64,000 nucleotides of DNA, taken from Promethearchaeota archaeon (lineage in GTDB: Archaea > Asgardarchaeota > Lokiarchaeia > Sigyniarchaeales > SOKP01). Location of the stretch: positions 32,001-96,000 of the forward strand of contig JAHPZI010000007.1 of assembly GCA_019058295.1 (NCBI GenBank), given 5' to 3'. Positions within the stretch are counted from its first letter, which is position 1; each line of letters opens with the position of its first letter. A program made the position numbers and the translations under genes. The notes beneath the pieces are model-generated. The model did no database searches. It saw only the letters and a list, made by a program, of their open reading frames with translations, and was not told where the DNA came from. Below, one piece after another: positions 49,863 to 60,422 of the stretch.

Positions 49863-52289
49863 ATGGAACTAATTTCAAAATTATTAAGTCTTTCAGATGA
49901 AGCGGTTGCTATATATTTAAAATGTTTGGGGAAAAATCCATTAACTTATAAAGAGATTCGCTCTTTTAACCTTGATTTATCTGATGCTAAGTTTGAAGAA
50001 ATTATCAATGAACTTATTGATAATAAATTTTTCTTAAATAAAACCCCTAAAAACTCTCAAATTCTTGCTCATTATATAGCAATGCCTCCATTCTTTCTTA
50101 TTAATAATATGATTACTCAAATAAAAAACGATTTAACAGAGAGGTATGAAACTAAACAAGAAAGCGATTCTAAAGTATTTATTGATTTTATAAAAAAATC
50201 CGAGGAAGAAATAAAAAAAATAATTACTTCTGAATTATCTGATATTGCTATTACACTTATCCAGCTTAAAAGTGAACTAGACGAAAAAATTAATGCTATT
50301 GGCATTGAAGATAGCCAATGGGTCATGCTAAGTAATTACATCAAGGATATATTAGCTCTAAAAACTCATAATAAAGCTCAAGATATAATTAATAGAATTT
50401 CGGAGAAATTTAAAGAGTTTGGTAATATTACTAATATTCAACAATCCATTTCTCAAGATGATAATCTTTTTTCAAATATACAATTTATAGAAGATTTTAT
50501 ACAAATAATTTTAAACTATTACTCAGAATTAAATTTTTTTATTTTTGATAAATTTTGGCCTATTAGCAGTAAAGCAAAAATTTGTGAAGAAATTTCGATT
50601 TTATTGTCGAACTCGAAGGAAAAAGCTCTAATAATAATTCCTGAAATAAAAGATTATATTGTATTAGAGGAATTAAATAAATTTGCTGCTAATTTGAAAA
50701 TAACCTTAATTTCCTCAGAATCTCATAATAATCCCTTAATTAAAAAAGTTAAAGAAATAGATAATATCGAGTATTTGAGATTAAAAAATAATAATTTCAT
50801 TGGGCTTAATAAAGATAATGACTCTTATATTGTAATTGGTATATCTCAAGAAAATGAAGATGATTCGCTAAAAAATGTTATCGGATTTGGAACTACTTAT
50901 AAGCCATTAATTGATCAAATAGCTCCAATATTCTTAGAAAGACTAAAGGAAGCAAAACCTTCCAATGAAAAACAAATAACAGATGGATTTAATAAGATTT
51001 TACAAAATATAAATGAAATTAAGGGCAAAAAGATTAGCAAGATATTACGAGAAATTTTGAATGCTGCAGAAGAAATGGAAGGAAATTCTTTGAATATCTT
51101 AGAGATTAAATTGTTAATAAACAAATTACAGACAATAAATCAGCCTTTAGATAAAGAGACGAAAAGTCAAATAATTGAAAAGATTAATAAATTAAATGAT
51201 ATAATTTCAAAATTAAAATTAAATCCGCCCCCAGAATTAACATCTCAGCCTCCTCCAAAAACAGAAATGTTAGAGAATATTTCTAAGGTTGATCTCGAAT
51301 CAATTACAACCGAAGAGTTTGAAAATTTATTTAATCTTTTTTTGGAAAAATTTAATAATTTTAATGGAACAACGATAAGTAATCAAATTGAAAGTCTTAT
51401 AGATTTGAGTTTAGAGTATCAAGGATATTCTACTATTATTAATTGGAAAAATCAGCTCAAATCAATTAATACTGTTTTAGAAGAACCTTTTAAAGAAAAA
51501 TTAAAGGAAGATTTTATTAAATGGAAAAACAACCTCATAAAGCCTAAAAGTTCTGAAATTTCTATTCAAAAACAAATGTCTGAACCATCAATTACTAAAC
51601 CTATTGCCTCGAGTCAAAATAATGTAGTTGTAGGTAAAGAAGAATATTATAGTCCAGCACTAGCAGAAAACACTGAATCGGCAGCTGTTGTCACTGAAGA
51701 AGAAACGAAAATAGATGGTAGTATTGTTGAGAGATTTAATAGAATTAATCAAAATTTAAACAATTTTAGTGGATTAGAAATCAGTAAAGAAATGCAATAT
51801 ATTATGGATATTATTCTTGAGACAATAGGTTATTCAATGGATTTAAAAGATATGAAACAATGGAATAGTAGGCTTAAAAAATTTATAAAACCCTTAGATG
51901 ATGAAATAAAGAATCAGTTTTTACCTGAATTTAATAAATGGAGGAGTAAATACTCAAAGAAGATGTCTGAGCCAGAGTTATTAGACCATACTCCCTCATT
52001 TACAATTACAGAAGAACTCTCTGAAGATACTGGAGAAGAACAAAGCAAAGGATTAAAAGGGCAGTTTGATGATTTGATCCAAAAGGTTAATACACTTAAT
52101 GGAGTTGAACTTAGCAAAGTATTTCTAAATCTTATAGATACTTTACTTGAAACTAAAGGATATTCTATGGCCTTAAAAGATATGAGGCAATGGTTGAATA
52201 AAATTAAGTCAATAAAGACCCCATTAGAAGAAGAACTTAAAATTCAATTACTCAATGAATTAGAAAAGTGGAAAGCTCAATTTAGTTAA
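49863..52289 (+). CDS. Hypothetical protein: TrmB-like N-terminal HTH, middle alpha/beta domain, four C-terminal helical repeats
   Basis: LSDEAVAIYLKCLGKNPLT...ELIDNKF...YIAMPP; repeats of NG.E.SK...ETxGYSMxLKDMxQW...PL.EE.K...KW. Confidence 0.7.
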   Translation: MELISKLLSLSDEAVAIYLKCLGKNPLTYKEIRSFNLDLSDAKFEEIINELIDNKFFLNKTPKNSQILAHYIAMPPFFLINNMITQIKNDLTERYETKQESDSKVFIDFIKKSEEEIKKIITSELSDIAITLIQLKSELDEKINAIGIEDSQWVMLSNYIKDILALKTHNKAQDIINRISEKFKEFGNITNIQQSISQDDNLFSNIQFIEDFIQIILNYYSELNFFIFDKFWPISSKAKICEEISILLSNSKEKALIIIPEIKDYIVLEELNKFAANLKITLISSESHNNPLIKKVKEIDNIEYLRLKNNNFIGLNKDNDSYIVIGISQENEDDSLKNVIGFGTTYKPLIDQIAPIFLERLKEAKPSNEKQITDGFNKILQNINEIKGKKISKILREILNAAEEMEGNSLNILEIKLLINKLQTINQPLDKETKSQIIEKINKLNDIISKLKLNPPPELTSQPPPKTEMLENISKVDLESITTEEFENLFNLFLEKFNNFNGTTISNQIESLIDLSLEYQGYSTIINWKNQLKSINTVLEEPFKEKLKEDFIKWKNNLIKPKSSEISIQKQMSEPSITKPIASSQNNVVVGKEEYYSPALAENTESAAVVTEEETKIDGSIVERFNRINQNLNNFSGLEISKEMQYIMDIILETIGYSMDLKDMKQWNSRLKKFIKPLDDEIKNQFLPEFNKWRSKYSKKMSEPELLDHTPSFTITEELSEDTGEEQSKGLKGQFDDLIQKVNTLNGVELSKVFLNLIDTLLETKGYSMALKDMRQWLNKIKSIKTPLEEELKIQLLNELEKWKAQFS

Positions 52290-52468
52290 TAATTTTACAA
52301 CTTTAAAAATTAATTTTTTAAGAAATATAAATTTCGTGAAACTACTGTTCAATCATGGAATTCATGAATAATTCATTCATAGAGTTCAAAATTTCTTATT
52401 TTTCATCTTTATAGATTATTAATTAATCTCTGAGCCTCGAAAAACTATGACTTCAAAAGGATGTAATT

Positions 52469-52666
52469 TTAAGCTGTTTTTATTAGTACTACATTTTCTA
52501 TTGGAATATATATTAAATTGTTGTGTTCCTCATCATTAAATACAATAAGATGCTCTGTTACAGCTTCGATCTTTCCTAATTGAATACAATGTGGATCAGG
52601 CAAATCTTTTATATAAAGCCTTAGTTTTTTCCCTTTTAATTCTTCAAGTGTAGATCGAGGAATCAT
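52469..52666 (-). CDS. Small Sm/LSm-like beta-barrel protein
   Basis: LEELKGKKLRLY...GKIEAV...IYIPIENVVLI pattern. Confidence 0.55.
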   Translation of the reverse strand: MIPRSTLEELKGKKLRLYIKDLPDPHCIQLGKIEAVTEHLIVFNDEEHNNLIYIPIENVVLIKTA

Positions 52667-52843
52667 AATAGTTCAATATGTTGTATTTTATAAAAAATCA
52701 TTCAATTGTAGCATGATAGTTATCAATATCTTCTTCATTAATCCCTAAAAAATCCATTAAAAGATAATAGAAATAAATATAATAAAATGTTATTTACATC
52801 TGTTATTCAAATATTAAAAAATATATGTATAAATAGATTATAT

Positions 52844-54286
52844 ATGAGAATTGAAGTCCTTACAAAACAACAAATCGAAATAATTCATAATAAATCTCTT
52901 GAGATTTTAGAAAAAATTGGAGTACATGTTCCTCATGATGATGTAGTTTCCTTATTTGTTGAGAATGGAGCAGATGTTGATCTTAAGACAAAAATTGTAA
53001 AAATTCCTTCTGAATTAGTAATTGAACTTATGTCAAAAGCGGGAAAAACATTTACGATCTATGGTCGTGATCTCTCTAAAAAGGCAGAATTTGGGACTGG
53101 TAAAAGAAATTATAATACATCCTCTGGTCAAGCGTTTTGGGTTGAAAATCCTGGTGAAGAACGCAGGCATACTACTCTTAATGATGTTAAAACAGCGGTT
53201 AGATTTGCTGACGCGTTAGATCAAATAAATATTCCTGGGGCAATGTCAGATCCTCTTGAGATCCCCGTGGAGTGGCGATGTGTAGCAGTAGCGGCTGAAA
53301 TGATTAAAAATACAGAGAAGCCAATTAATTTTTGGTTCTATGATAGAAATTCTGCGAAATATTTAGTTGACCTCGTCATAGCTCTCAGAGGTGACGAAAA
53401 AAAAGCTGAAAAATATCCTATGTTCTATCACGCTCTCGAACCTATAAGTCCTCTAAGCTTTCCTTTTAATGGGATTGATCTTTTATTTGAAACTGCTCGT
53501 TTAAACATGCCTGTTCATCTCAGCCCTATGGTCCAAATGGGCATTTCTGGTCCCGGAACTATTGCTGGAACGATAATTCAAGAAAATGCCGAAGTAATTG
53601 CCGCTATTTGCATAACTCAACTTATTAAGGAAGGAATGCCAATTTGCTATGGAGGAATTTGCCATGCATTTGATATGAGAACTGCTCAAATCATTTTTGG
53701 CGGTCCTGAACAAGCAATTTTTAGTATCGCCATGACTCAGATGGGTAAATATTATGGATTTCCTATTTATATTAATGCAGGATTAACTGATTCTAAAGTA
53801 TCTGATGCTCAAGCGGGTCTCGAATGTGGTATAACATTATCACTCGGCTTATTAACAGGCGCAGATATTTTTGGACATATGGGAATTTGCGGGATGGATC
53901 AAGGGGCTTCATTAGATATGCTTGTTTTACAATCAGAAATTATATCCTATATTGAAAGTGTCAATAGAGAAATTATTTTTGATGATAACACATTTGCTCT
54001 AGATATTATTGCTCAAACAGGCCCACAAGGGTCATATTTGAAAAATCGTCATACTGCAAAAAATATTCGAAAAGAATTATGGTTTCCAGAAATATTTAAC
54101 AGAGAAAGTTATGAAAAATGGAAAAAAAATGGAGCTCTAGACATAGCAGAACATTGTCGTAATGTTAAAAAGCAAATAATAACCAATCACATCCCAAATC
54201 CTATAGCAAATGATATAGCAAATGATATTGATACCATAGTTAACTCAGCAAGAAAAACTCTAACTTCAGAGTCAAAATCAATATAA
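52844..54286 (+). CDS. Trimethylamine methyltransferase (MttB) family, non-pyrrolysine
   Basis: IHNKSLEILEKIG, PISPL, GTIIQENAE, FDMRT, GGPE, AGLTDSKVSDAQAGLE; no in-frame TAG. ATG 52844 preferred. Confidence 0.9.
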   Translation: MRIEVLTKQQIEIIHNKSLEILEKIGVHVPHDDVVSLFVENGADVDLKTKIVKIPSELVIELMSKAGKTFTIYGRDLSKKAEFGTGKRNYNTSSGQAFWVENPGEERRHTTLNDVKTAVRFADALDQINIPGAMSDPLEIPVEWRCVAVAAEMIKNTEKPINFWFYDRNSAKYLVDLVIALRGDEKKAEKYPMFYHALEPISPLSFPFNGIDLLFETARLNMPVHLSPMVQMGISGPGTIAGTIIQENAEVIAAICITQLIKEGMPICYGGICHAFDMRTAQIIFGGPEQAIFSIAMTQMGKYYGFPIYINAGLTDSKVSDAQAGLECGITLSLGLLTGADIFGHMGICGMDQGASLDMLVLQSEIISYIESVNREIIFDDNTFALDIIAQTGPQGSYLKNRHTAKNIRKELWFPEIFNRESYEKWKKNGALDIAEHCRNVKKQIITNHIPNPIANDIANDIDTIVNSARKTLTSESKSI

Positions 54287-54301
54287 TCATATAAACTATT
54301 G

Positions 54302-55516
54302 TTAGATTTTTTCTATAATCGTAGCAACACCTTGTCCGCCCCCTACGCATGCCGTAGCAAGCCCGATTTTTCCCCCTTCTATCTGTAAAATTCGAGCAAG
54401 TGTTCCCACTAACCTTACGCCTGTCGTCCCCAAAGGATGTCCAAGAGCAATTGCCCCTCCCTTCACATTTACTTTTTCATCGGGAATTTTTAAGATTTTT
54501 ATAGCATATAGAGGTACGATTGCAAAGGCTTCGTTAATTTCCCAAAAATCTATATCCTCAACGTTTAATCCCGCTTGGTTAAGTGCTTTCTTACTTGCAG
54601 GTACTGGACCTTGTCCCATGACTCCTGGATTTACACCTGCCCAGCCCATTGATCTAATTTTTGCCATAGGTTTTATTCCCAACTCCTCTGCTCGGTTTTT
54701 TGACATTAGCACGGCACACCCCGCTCCAGCATTTAAAGGGGAACTATTCCCTGCTGTTATTTGAGCTTCTTTATTAATACCCGTTGATACAACACGGAGC
54801 TTACCCATTACTTCCAATGTAGATCCTCCACGCATTGACTGGTCATATTTAATTATCTTTTTACTGCCATCTGGTAGGGTACCTTCAACTGGAAGAATCT
54901 CCTTATCAAAAAATCCCTCATCTCTTGCTTGAATGGCTCTTTCATGAGATCTTAAACTCCAAAGATCCATTTTTTCACGTGTGATATCTGGATTTTGCTC
55001 CCATAATTGTTGAGCTGTCTGAAGCATTGAATATCCGGTTGTTAAATCATATTTCGCATGATTTGGAAATTTTTGATTATCCCCTAATTCAGTATGACGC
55101 ATTGTTAAATCAGTTCCACGAGGGATCCTTGTCATATGCTCCATTCCACATGCAAGTACGATTTCGGAATTGCCGGTCATTATTTCCATTGCTCCTATAT
55201 GAACACTCGACATGCTAGATCCACATTGCCGGTCTATACCCATGGCAGCAACAGTAATAGGGAGTTCACCTAAAAATACTGGATGCCTTCCTCCATAGAG
55301 AAAGTTTTCTTTTACCTGGTTAGCACAACCAGTTATAATCTCATCAATATCGGAGGAATCAAACTTAGCTCTCGATATAATTTCTTTTATTACTAGAGAT
55401 AACAACATATCAGCAGGAATATTATGGAATACATCTCTTTCGGGTTGATTGGGTCGACTTCGAGATAAGGGACTCCGTAAATAATCTACAATAACAACTT
55501 CTTTTAATTCTGGCAT
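54302..55516 (-). CDS. Acetyl-CoA C-acyltransferase (thiolase)
   Basis: DRQCGSS, TAGNSSPLNAG, WEINEAF, GGAIALGHPLG, ACVGGGQG. Confidence 0.95.
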   Translation of the reverse strand: MPELKEVVIVDYLRSPLSRSRPNQPERDVFHNIPADMLLSLVIKEIISRAKFDSSDIDEIITGCANQVKENFLYGGRHPVFLGELPITVAAMGIDRQCGSSMSSVHIGAMEIMTGNSEIVLACGMEHMTRIPRGTDLTMRHTELGDNQKFPNHAKYDLTTGYSMLQTAQQLWEQNPDITREKMDLWSLRSHERAIQARDEGFFDKEILPVEGTLPDGSKKIIKYDQSMRGGSTLEVMGKLRVVSTGINKEAQITAGNSSPLNAGAGCAVLMSKNRAEELGIKPMAKIRSMGWAGVNPGVMGQGPVPASKKALNQAGLNVEDIDFWEINEAFAIVPLYAIKILKIPDEKVNVKGGAIALGHPLGTTGVRLVGTLARILQIEGGKIGLATACVGGGQGVATIIEKI

Positions 55517-55535
55517 TTTTCCTCACTCAGATAAT

Positions 55536-56330
55536 TTATTTTCCAATAAATTCAGGTTCTTTTTTATCGATTAATGCAGATACTCCAATTTTATAGTCTT
55601 CACTTTCCGCTGACTTAATCTGCATCTGTCTTTCATTCTCAAGATGTTCTTTAAATGGTGTATTAAGTGCGTCAAAAAATAATTCTTTCGTTCTCGCGAA
55701 AGTTAAAGTGGGGCCTCTGGCTAATTTTTGAGCCCATTGCAGAGTAACTTCTTCTAAATTTTCTGCTGGTACAATTTCATTTACAAATCCGAGTTCTTTC
55801 ATTTGTTTAGCATTATATGTTTCTCCAAAAAAGGACATTTCTACTGCCTGTTGCCATGTAAGTTGACGACTTAATAAAATCGTTCCAGCAAAACCTGGAA
55901 TTAAGGCAAGTTTAACAAAAGATTGTCTAAATCTCGCATATTCAGAAGCTATGATAAAATCACATGAAAGCGCAAGATTCATCCCTGCACCCACAGCCCA
56001 GCCGTTCACGGCTGCTATAACTGGTTTTGGATAAAGACGTAAAACTAATGCGATTTTATAAAGTACTCTAAGCAATTCATCCATTACCTGACCCGGATTG
56101 CCATCTTCAATACTAGCCTTAAATTGTTTTATATTACCACCTGCAGAAAAAGCTTTTCCTGAGCCGGTAATTATTACACATCTTACCTCGTTATTATTTC
56201 GAAGCGATTCTAAGGCATCTAATATTTGCTGCCCTGTCTCTTTATTTAATGGATTTGAATTCTCAGGATCATTAAATTTTATCGTTGCAATTTGATATTT
56301 AATTTCTAATTCAATTTTTTTTTCTGACAT
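55536..56330 (-). CDS. Enoyl-CoA hydratase/isomerase
   Basis: AFSAGGN, PKPVIAAVNGWAVGAG, LALSCD. Confidence 0.92.
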   Translation of the reverse strand: MSEKKIELEIKYQIATIKFNDPENSNPLNKETGQQILDALESLRNNNEVRCVIITGSGKAFSAGGNIKQFKASIEDGNPGQVMDELLRVLYKIALVLRLYPKPVIAAVNGWAVGAGMNLALSCDFIIASEYARFRQSFVKLALIPGFAGTILLSRQLTWQQAVEMSFFGETYNAKQMKELGFVNEIVPAENLEEVTLQWAQKLARGPTLTFARTKELFFDALNTPFKEHLENERQMQIKSAESEDYKIGVSALIDKKEPEFIGK

Positions 56331-56332
56331 TT

Positions 56333-57550
56333 TTATTTACCCCATAACCTAACCATTTCTCTTGTAATAAGATATTTCAAAATCTCTACAGTACCCGCAG
56401 AAATTTGTCCGATCTTGGCATCTCTATAATATCTTTCTAATGGATACTCTTCTGAATAACCAATTCCACCTGAAACTTGAATTGCTTCTTGAGAAATCCT
56501 GACCATTGCATCTGCTAATCGAGCCTTTACAGCGGCAACTAGCGGTCTAGAATAATGACCCTCATCGATCATTCGGGCTATTTGTATTAATGCCATTCGG
56601 TTCAATTCAATGTCAATAAACATATCGGCTAATTTAAATGATATTCCTTCAAATGAATATATTGGTTTTTTAAATTGTACTCGTTTGTGTGAGTATTTAT
56701 AAGCTACTTCAAATGCACTTCTTGCTAAACCAAGATATTGAGATGCAGTAAAAGTTCGTTCTCCATCAAGCCCGAATAATAATACATCTAGCCCTTGATT
56801 TTCTTTATGAAGTAAATTTTCTGCTGGTACCTTACAATTATTGAATCGCAGATAGGAGTTCGGCATTCCTCTGCGGCCCATATGTTTGTAATCCTTTACG
56901 ACCTCAAATCCAGGTGTATCTGTCTCGAAAATAAAAGCAGATATCCCTTGATGACGTTTAACCTGATCATTTGTAACTGCGTAAAGGCATATATAATCGG
57001 CAAAACTGCCATTTGTAATAAATGTTTTATGCCCATTAAGCACATAATAATCGCCTTCTTTCACAGCTCGTAATTGCATACCACTAACAGCATCAGAACC
57101 TCCTGTCTCTTCTGTGATTCCTATTGCACCTAATTTTGTACCATCAGCAATTCCAGAAAGGTATTTTTTTTGTTGTTCATAAGATCCAAATTCTATAATG
57201 GGACCTGCAAATAAACATGAGGAGGCTCCAAATATACTTGCTATGGCATAACTAAAAGCAGATAATTCTTCACCAAAAATACATCTATATAAAAGCCCTT
57301 TACCTTGTCCCCCTGCATCCTTTGGAACAATAATATCCAAATATGGCATTTTTTTTAAAGTTTCCACTGCTAACTGTTTATCTCGATTTTGATCAATTTT
57401 TTCTACCACTGGTTCAATATTATCTCTGCACCATTCTCGCACCTCCATGCGAAAATCATTTTCCTCTTTAGTAAAATAATGCAATCTATCGGGCATACAT
57501 GAATACCCATATTCTAAATTCAAATCTTCAAATTTAACATGTCCTTCCAT
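56333..57550 (-). CDS. Acyl-CoA dehydrogenase
   Basis: ITEETGGSD, LNGHKTFITNG, RVQFKKPI, GGIGY, ERYYRDAK. Confidence 0.95.
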   Translation of the reverse strand: MEGHVKFEDLNLEYGYSCMPDRLHYFTKEENDFRMEVREWCRDNIEPVVEKIDQNRDKQLAVETLKKMPYLDIIVPKDAGGQGKGLLYRCIFGEELSAFSYAIASIFGASSCLFAGPIIEFGSYEQQKKYLSGIADGTKLGAIGITEETGGSDAVSGMQLRAVKEGDYYVLNGHKTFITNGSFADYICLYAVTNDQVKRHQGISAFIFETDTPGFEVVKDYKHMGRRGMPNSYLRFNNCKVPAENLLHKENQGLDVLLFGLDGERTFTASQYLGLARSAFEVAYKYSHKRVQFKKPIYSFEGISFKLADMFIDIELNRMALIQIARMIDEGHYSRPLVAAVKARLADAMVRISQEAIQVSGGIGYSEEYPLERYYRDAKIGQISAGTVEILKYLITREMVRLWGK

Positions 57551-57796
57551 AAAATTCTCACATACAGTTGTAATACGTATAAATTTTTATGATTTATTAA
57601 TTATTTTTTAAATTTTGATAATAATTAAATTAATTTAATATTTGAGATTCATTAGAAATTATTTATCTAACTGTAAATCTTCATCGATAATTCATAAAAA
57701 TAAATTTATATATATATTAAACTTAGAAATACTAAATAAAGCAAATCTAGATCCTATTCACTTAAAGAAGTAAAACCAAATAAGGTTAAATGGAAA

Positions 57797-59662
57797 ATGA
57801 TAAATGGAAAAGAGGCACCAAGAGTTAAAAGAATTTCTAAAGAAGAGTTGGAAGAGTTAAAAAATGAGGGATACGTTATTTTTTCCTCCCATAATCACTC
57901 AAATTTTTCAGATGGTGCGGATTACCACGAAGTAATTGATACTCTTGTTAAATTTGGAGTAAATCTAATTGCATTAACCGATCATAATAATATACGAGTG
58001 GCTAAACATGCAAAAGCTTATATTAAAGATAAATACCCTGAATGTGGTTATCTCATTGGGGAAGAAATAAGTAGTAATCATGGGGATGTTCTTGCTTATG
58101 GATTGCAGAATGAAATCCCTGTCGATGAGGAAGAAAAACCTTCTGTCAAAGATGTTATCGAAGCAATCCACAAACAAGGCGGATTAGCCGTCGTTGCCCA
58201 CCCATACCATCCTGGGGAAGGAATCTTTAGAACCTTCGGTGGGCTTAAAAACTCGAAAATTAAAAATTTAAACTTTGACGGAATAGAATTTTACCATGCA
58301 GATCTCCCACCCTTCCTAAATTATATGTGTTCTACACTTTTAAAGTTACGACCACAAATGTTTGTTTTAGGATCCGATGATGCACATACTGTCCATCAAA
58401 TCGGTCGTTATTTCAATTTAATTGGACCTAATATTGGTGATGTTCACAATATTGACGAGATTTTTAACACTTTGAAGCAAGGAAATACAACAGTTCTTGA
58501 ACTTATGGGATGGACTGCTAGACCTTTTCACATGCTCCCAGGTTTTATTGATCTCTTATTTAAAAAGGGATTAAAAAGAATCAATGCTTTTGCAGGAATT
58601 TATGGTCTCTTTAAAGGAATCCATTTTCAGCATGAATCATTGGGATGGAATCCAATTACGCCTCAAGAATTTAAAGTTCTTCTTCAGCAGATAATACAGA
58701 CAATGAACATTAACACAATTCGGCTTGATGCTATGCGGCCCAAAACCAACGCATATGATTTTGCGTTAGTGGCAAAAGAACTTGGATTAAATGTTATTCT
58801 AAATCCAAAATTCGTTTATCCAAGGGGTCTTGAAAATCCTCAATTAGACCGTTCACTCACATATGATGATTTTGAAGATTTTTGTTTAAACCATGCACAG
58901 AGGGCACAAGACGCTGGTGTCGATATTTTTTGCATTGGAAATGAACTCACTCTCGAATTGAGTGATGATAAGTCAGGTCATATAGAAAGATTCAATCCAG
59001 AATTTTTCACACAATTTACCCCTTCCTTATTAGAAATGATTCCAGGTTTGGGTACCACGCGCCTTGCTAAAATAGGTAAAGGGAAAAAGAAGGAACATAA
59101 AATCACTGCTTATTTAGAGAAATTGTCCGAAAAAGTAAGAGAATACTATGACGGAATGGTTTCCTATGCTTCAGGTGCTTGGGAAATTCGAGAAGTTCCT
59201 TGGAAGAACTTTGATATCATTAGTTGCAACCTATATTTTAGTGATATATTCTTAGAATTTATCGAGGATTTCCCTAAACTAATAATTAAAATTTTAAAAG
59301 GCAGTCCCTCTAGCCGAGCGGCCCATCTTTTTAGACAAAACATCCAATATCTCAAGACCTTTAAAAAACCCGTTATTATATCGGAATTGGGCTTTCAAAC
59401 AGTTTCTAATTCAATCTGCGTTGGTCCGATGCCTGTCCAATATCATAAAGATTTTGATAGATTTGAATTTGATGAATCAGCTCAAGCTCAGGCGTTCGCT
59501 GAAGTTTTTAAACTGTTGAAAAAAGATATTTTTGTTAATGGTGTAATTATTCATGAATGGAGTGACCACATAGATAAAGGATTTGGATTAACAAAACTCG
59601 ATAATACCCAAAAATTATCATGTGAAGTAATATCAGATTTCTTCAAAACATGGAAGATCTAA
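57797..59662 (+). CDS. PHP-domain phosphoesterase fused to a clan GH-A-like glycoside hydrolase barrel
   Basis: HNHSNFSDG, ALTDHN, GEEISS..GDVL, VAHPY, GSDDAH; then IGNEL and PVIISELG. Confidence 0.8.
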   Translation: MINGKEAPRVKRISKEELEELKNEGYVIFSSHNHSNFSDGADYHEVIDTLVKFGVNLIALTDHNNIRVAKHAKAYIKDKYPECGYLIGEEISSNHGDVLAYGLQNEIPVDEEEKPSVKDVIEAIHKQGGLAVVAHPYHPGEGIFRTFGGLKNSKIKNLNFDGIEFYHADLPPFLNYMCSTLLKLRPQMFVLGSDDAHTVHQIGRYFNLIGPNIGDVHNIDEIFNTLKQGNTTVLELMGWTARPFHMLPGFIDLLFKKGLKRINAFAGIYGLFKGIHFQHESLGWNPITPQEFKVLLQQIIQTMNINTIRLDAMRPKTNAYDFALVAKELGLNVILNPKFVYPRGLENPQLDRSLTYDDFEDFCLNHAQRAQDAGVDIFCIGNELTLELSDDKSGHIERFNPEFFTQFTPSLLEMIPGLGTTRLAKIGKGKKKEHKITAYLEKLSEKVREYYDGMVSYASGAWEIREVPWKNFDIISCNLYFSDIFLEFIEDFPKLIIKILKGSPSSRAAHLFRQNIQYLKTFKKPVIISELGFQTVSNSICVGPMPVQYHKDFDRFEFDESAQAQAFAEVFKLLKKDIFVNGVIIHEWSDHIDKGFGLTKLDNTQKLSCEVISDFFKTWKI

Positions 59663-60358
59663 ACAATTTATTATAGCAGAAACAAAACTATTAATAAAAA
59701 TTTTAGTCAAAGATCGCGATTCTCTGATATGTTTAGCAACTTCGAGTTGATAAGCATTGACGAGTCTTTTTTCATAAAACTGATGAGTAATGTACCCTCC
59801 ACTATAACTAAGATTAAAATCTGTAATTCCAAGCCCATCGTCTATGGAAAAATTTTTAGATAATGACTTAACCATTTCATTAAATCCCCAAAATTTTTTA
59901 TCATTTTGTATTTTTAGAGTTTTGCCGAATAAATTTCCGAAGATTATATCTGGATAATCTTCACTTGGTTTAGTAAATCCGTGCAAATCTATAAATAAAC
60001 ATTTTTTAAATTTATCAACACATTCTTGATAAAATTTCTGAATCTGCTCGTGATATTTATGATGAATTTGTTTCGCTTCAGACGAATGATGATTAAAAGC
60101 AGCAAAAGCTCTTGGGGGGCGATTAAAATCTATTTTACTTCTGTGAATTTTACTTAAAATATAATAAATCTGAATTCCAAACTTCTCAAATATAACTTGA
60201 ATTATCCTTTTTGATATAAGAAATTTATTTTTATCTGCAATTTTAATCCCCTTTAATTTGTCAGGTATATTTTTTGGTTTTAAAAAACCACCATGGGGGC
60301 ACGATAAAATAATTGGGACAGATCCCTTGCTTATTATAAAATATTTTTCTAAATTCAA
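59633..60358 (-). CDS. N-formylglutamate amidohydrolase family protein
   Basis: PIILSCPHGG, HRSKIDFNR, FIDLHG, YSGGYIT, QLEV. TTG 60358 preferred because the track start overlaps the upstream gene. Confidence 0.8.
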   Translation of the reverse strand: MNLEKYFIISKGSVPIILSCPHGGFLKPKNIPDKLKGIKIADKNKFLISKRIIQVIFEKFGIQIYYILSKIHRSKIDFNRPPRAFAAFNHHSSEAKQIHHKYHEQIQKFYQECVDKFKKCLFIDLHGFTKPSEDYPDIIFGNLFGKTLKIQNDKKFWGFNEMVKSLSKNFSIDDGLGITDFNLSYSGGYITHQFYEKRLVNAYQLEVAKHIRESRSLTKIFINSFVSAIINCLDLPCFEEI

Positions 60359-60422
60359 GATCTTTCTTAATAATTTAAAAACACAATCAAAAAAAAAAGA
60401 TTTGAAAAAATTAATTTTCTTA

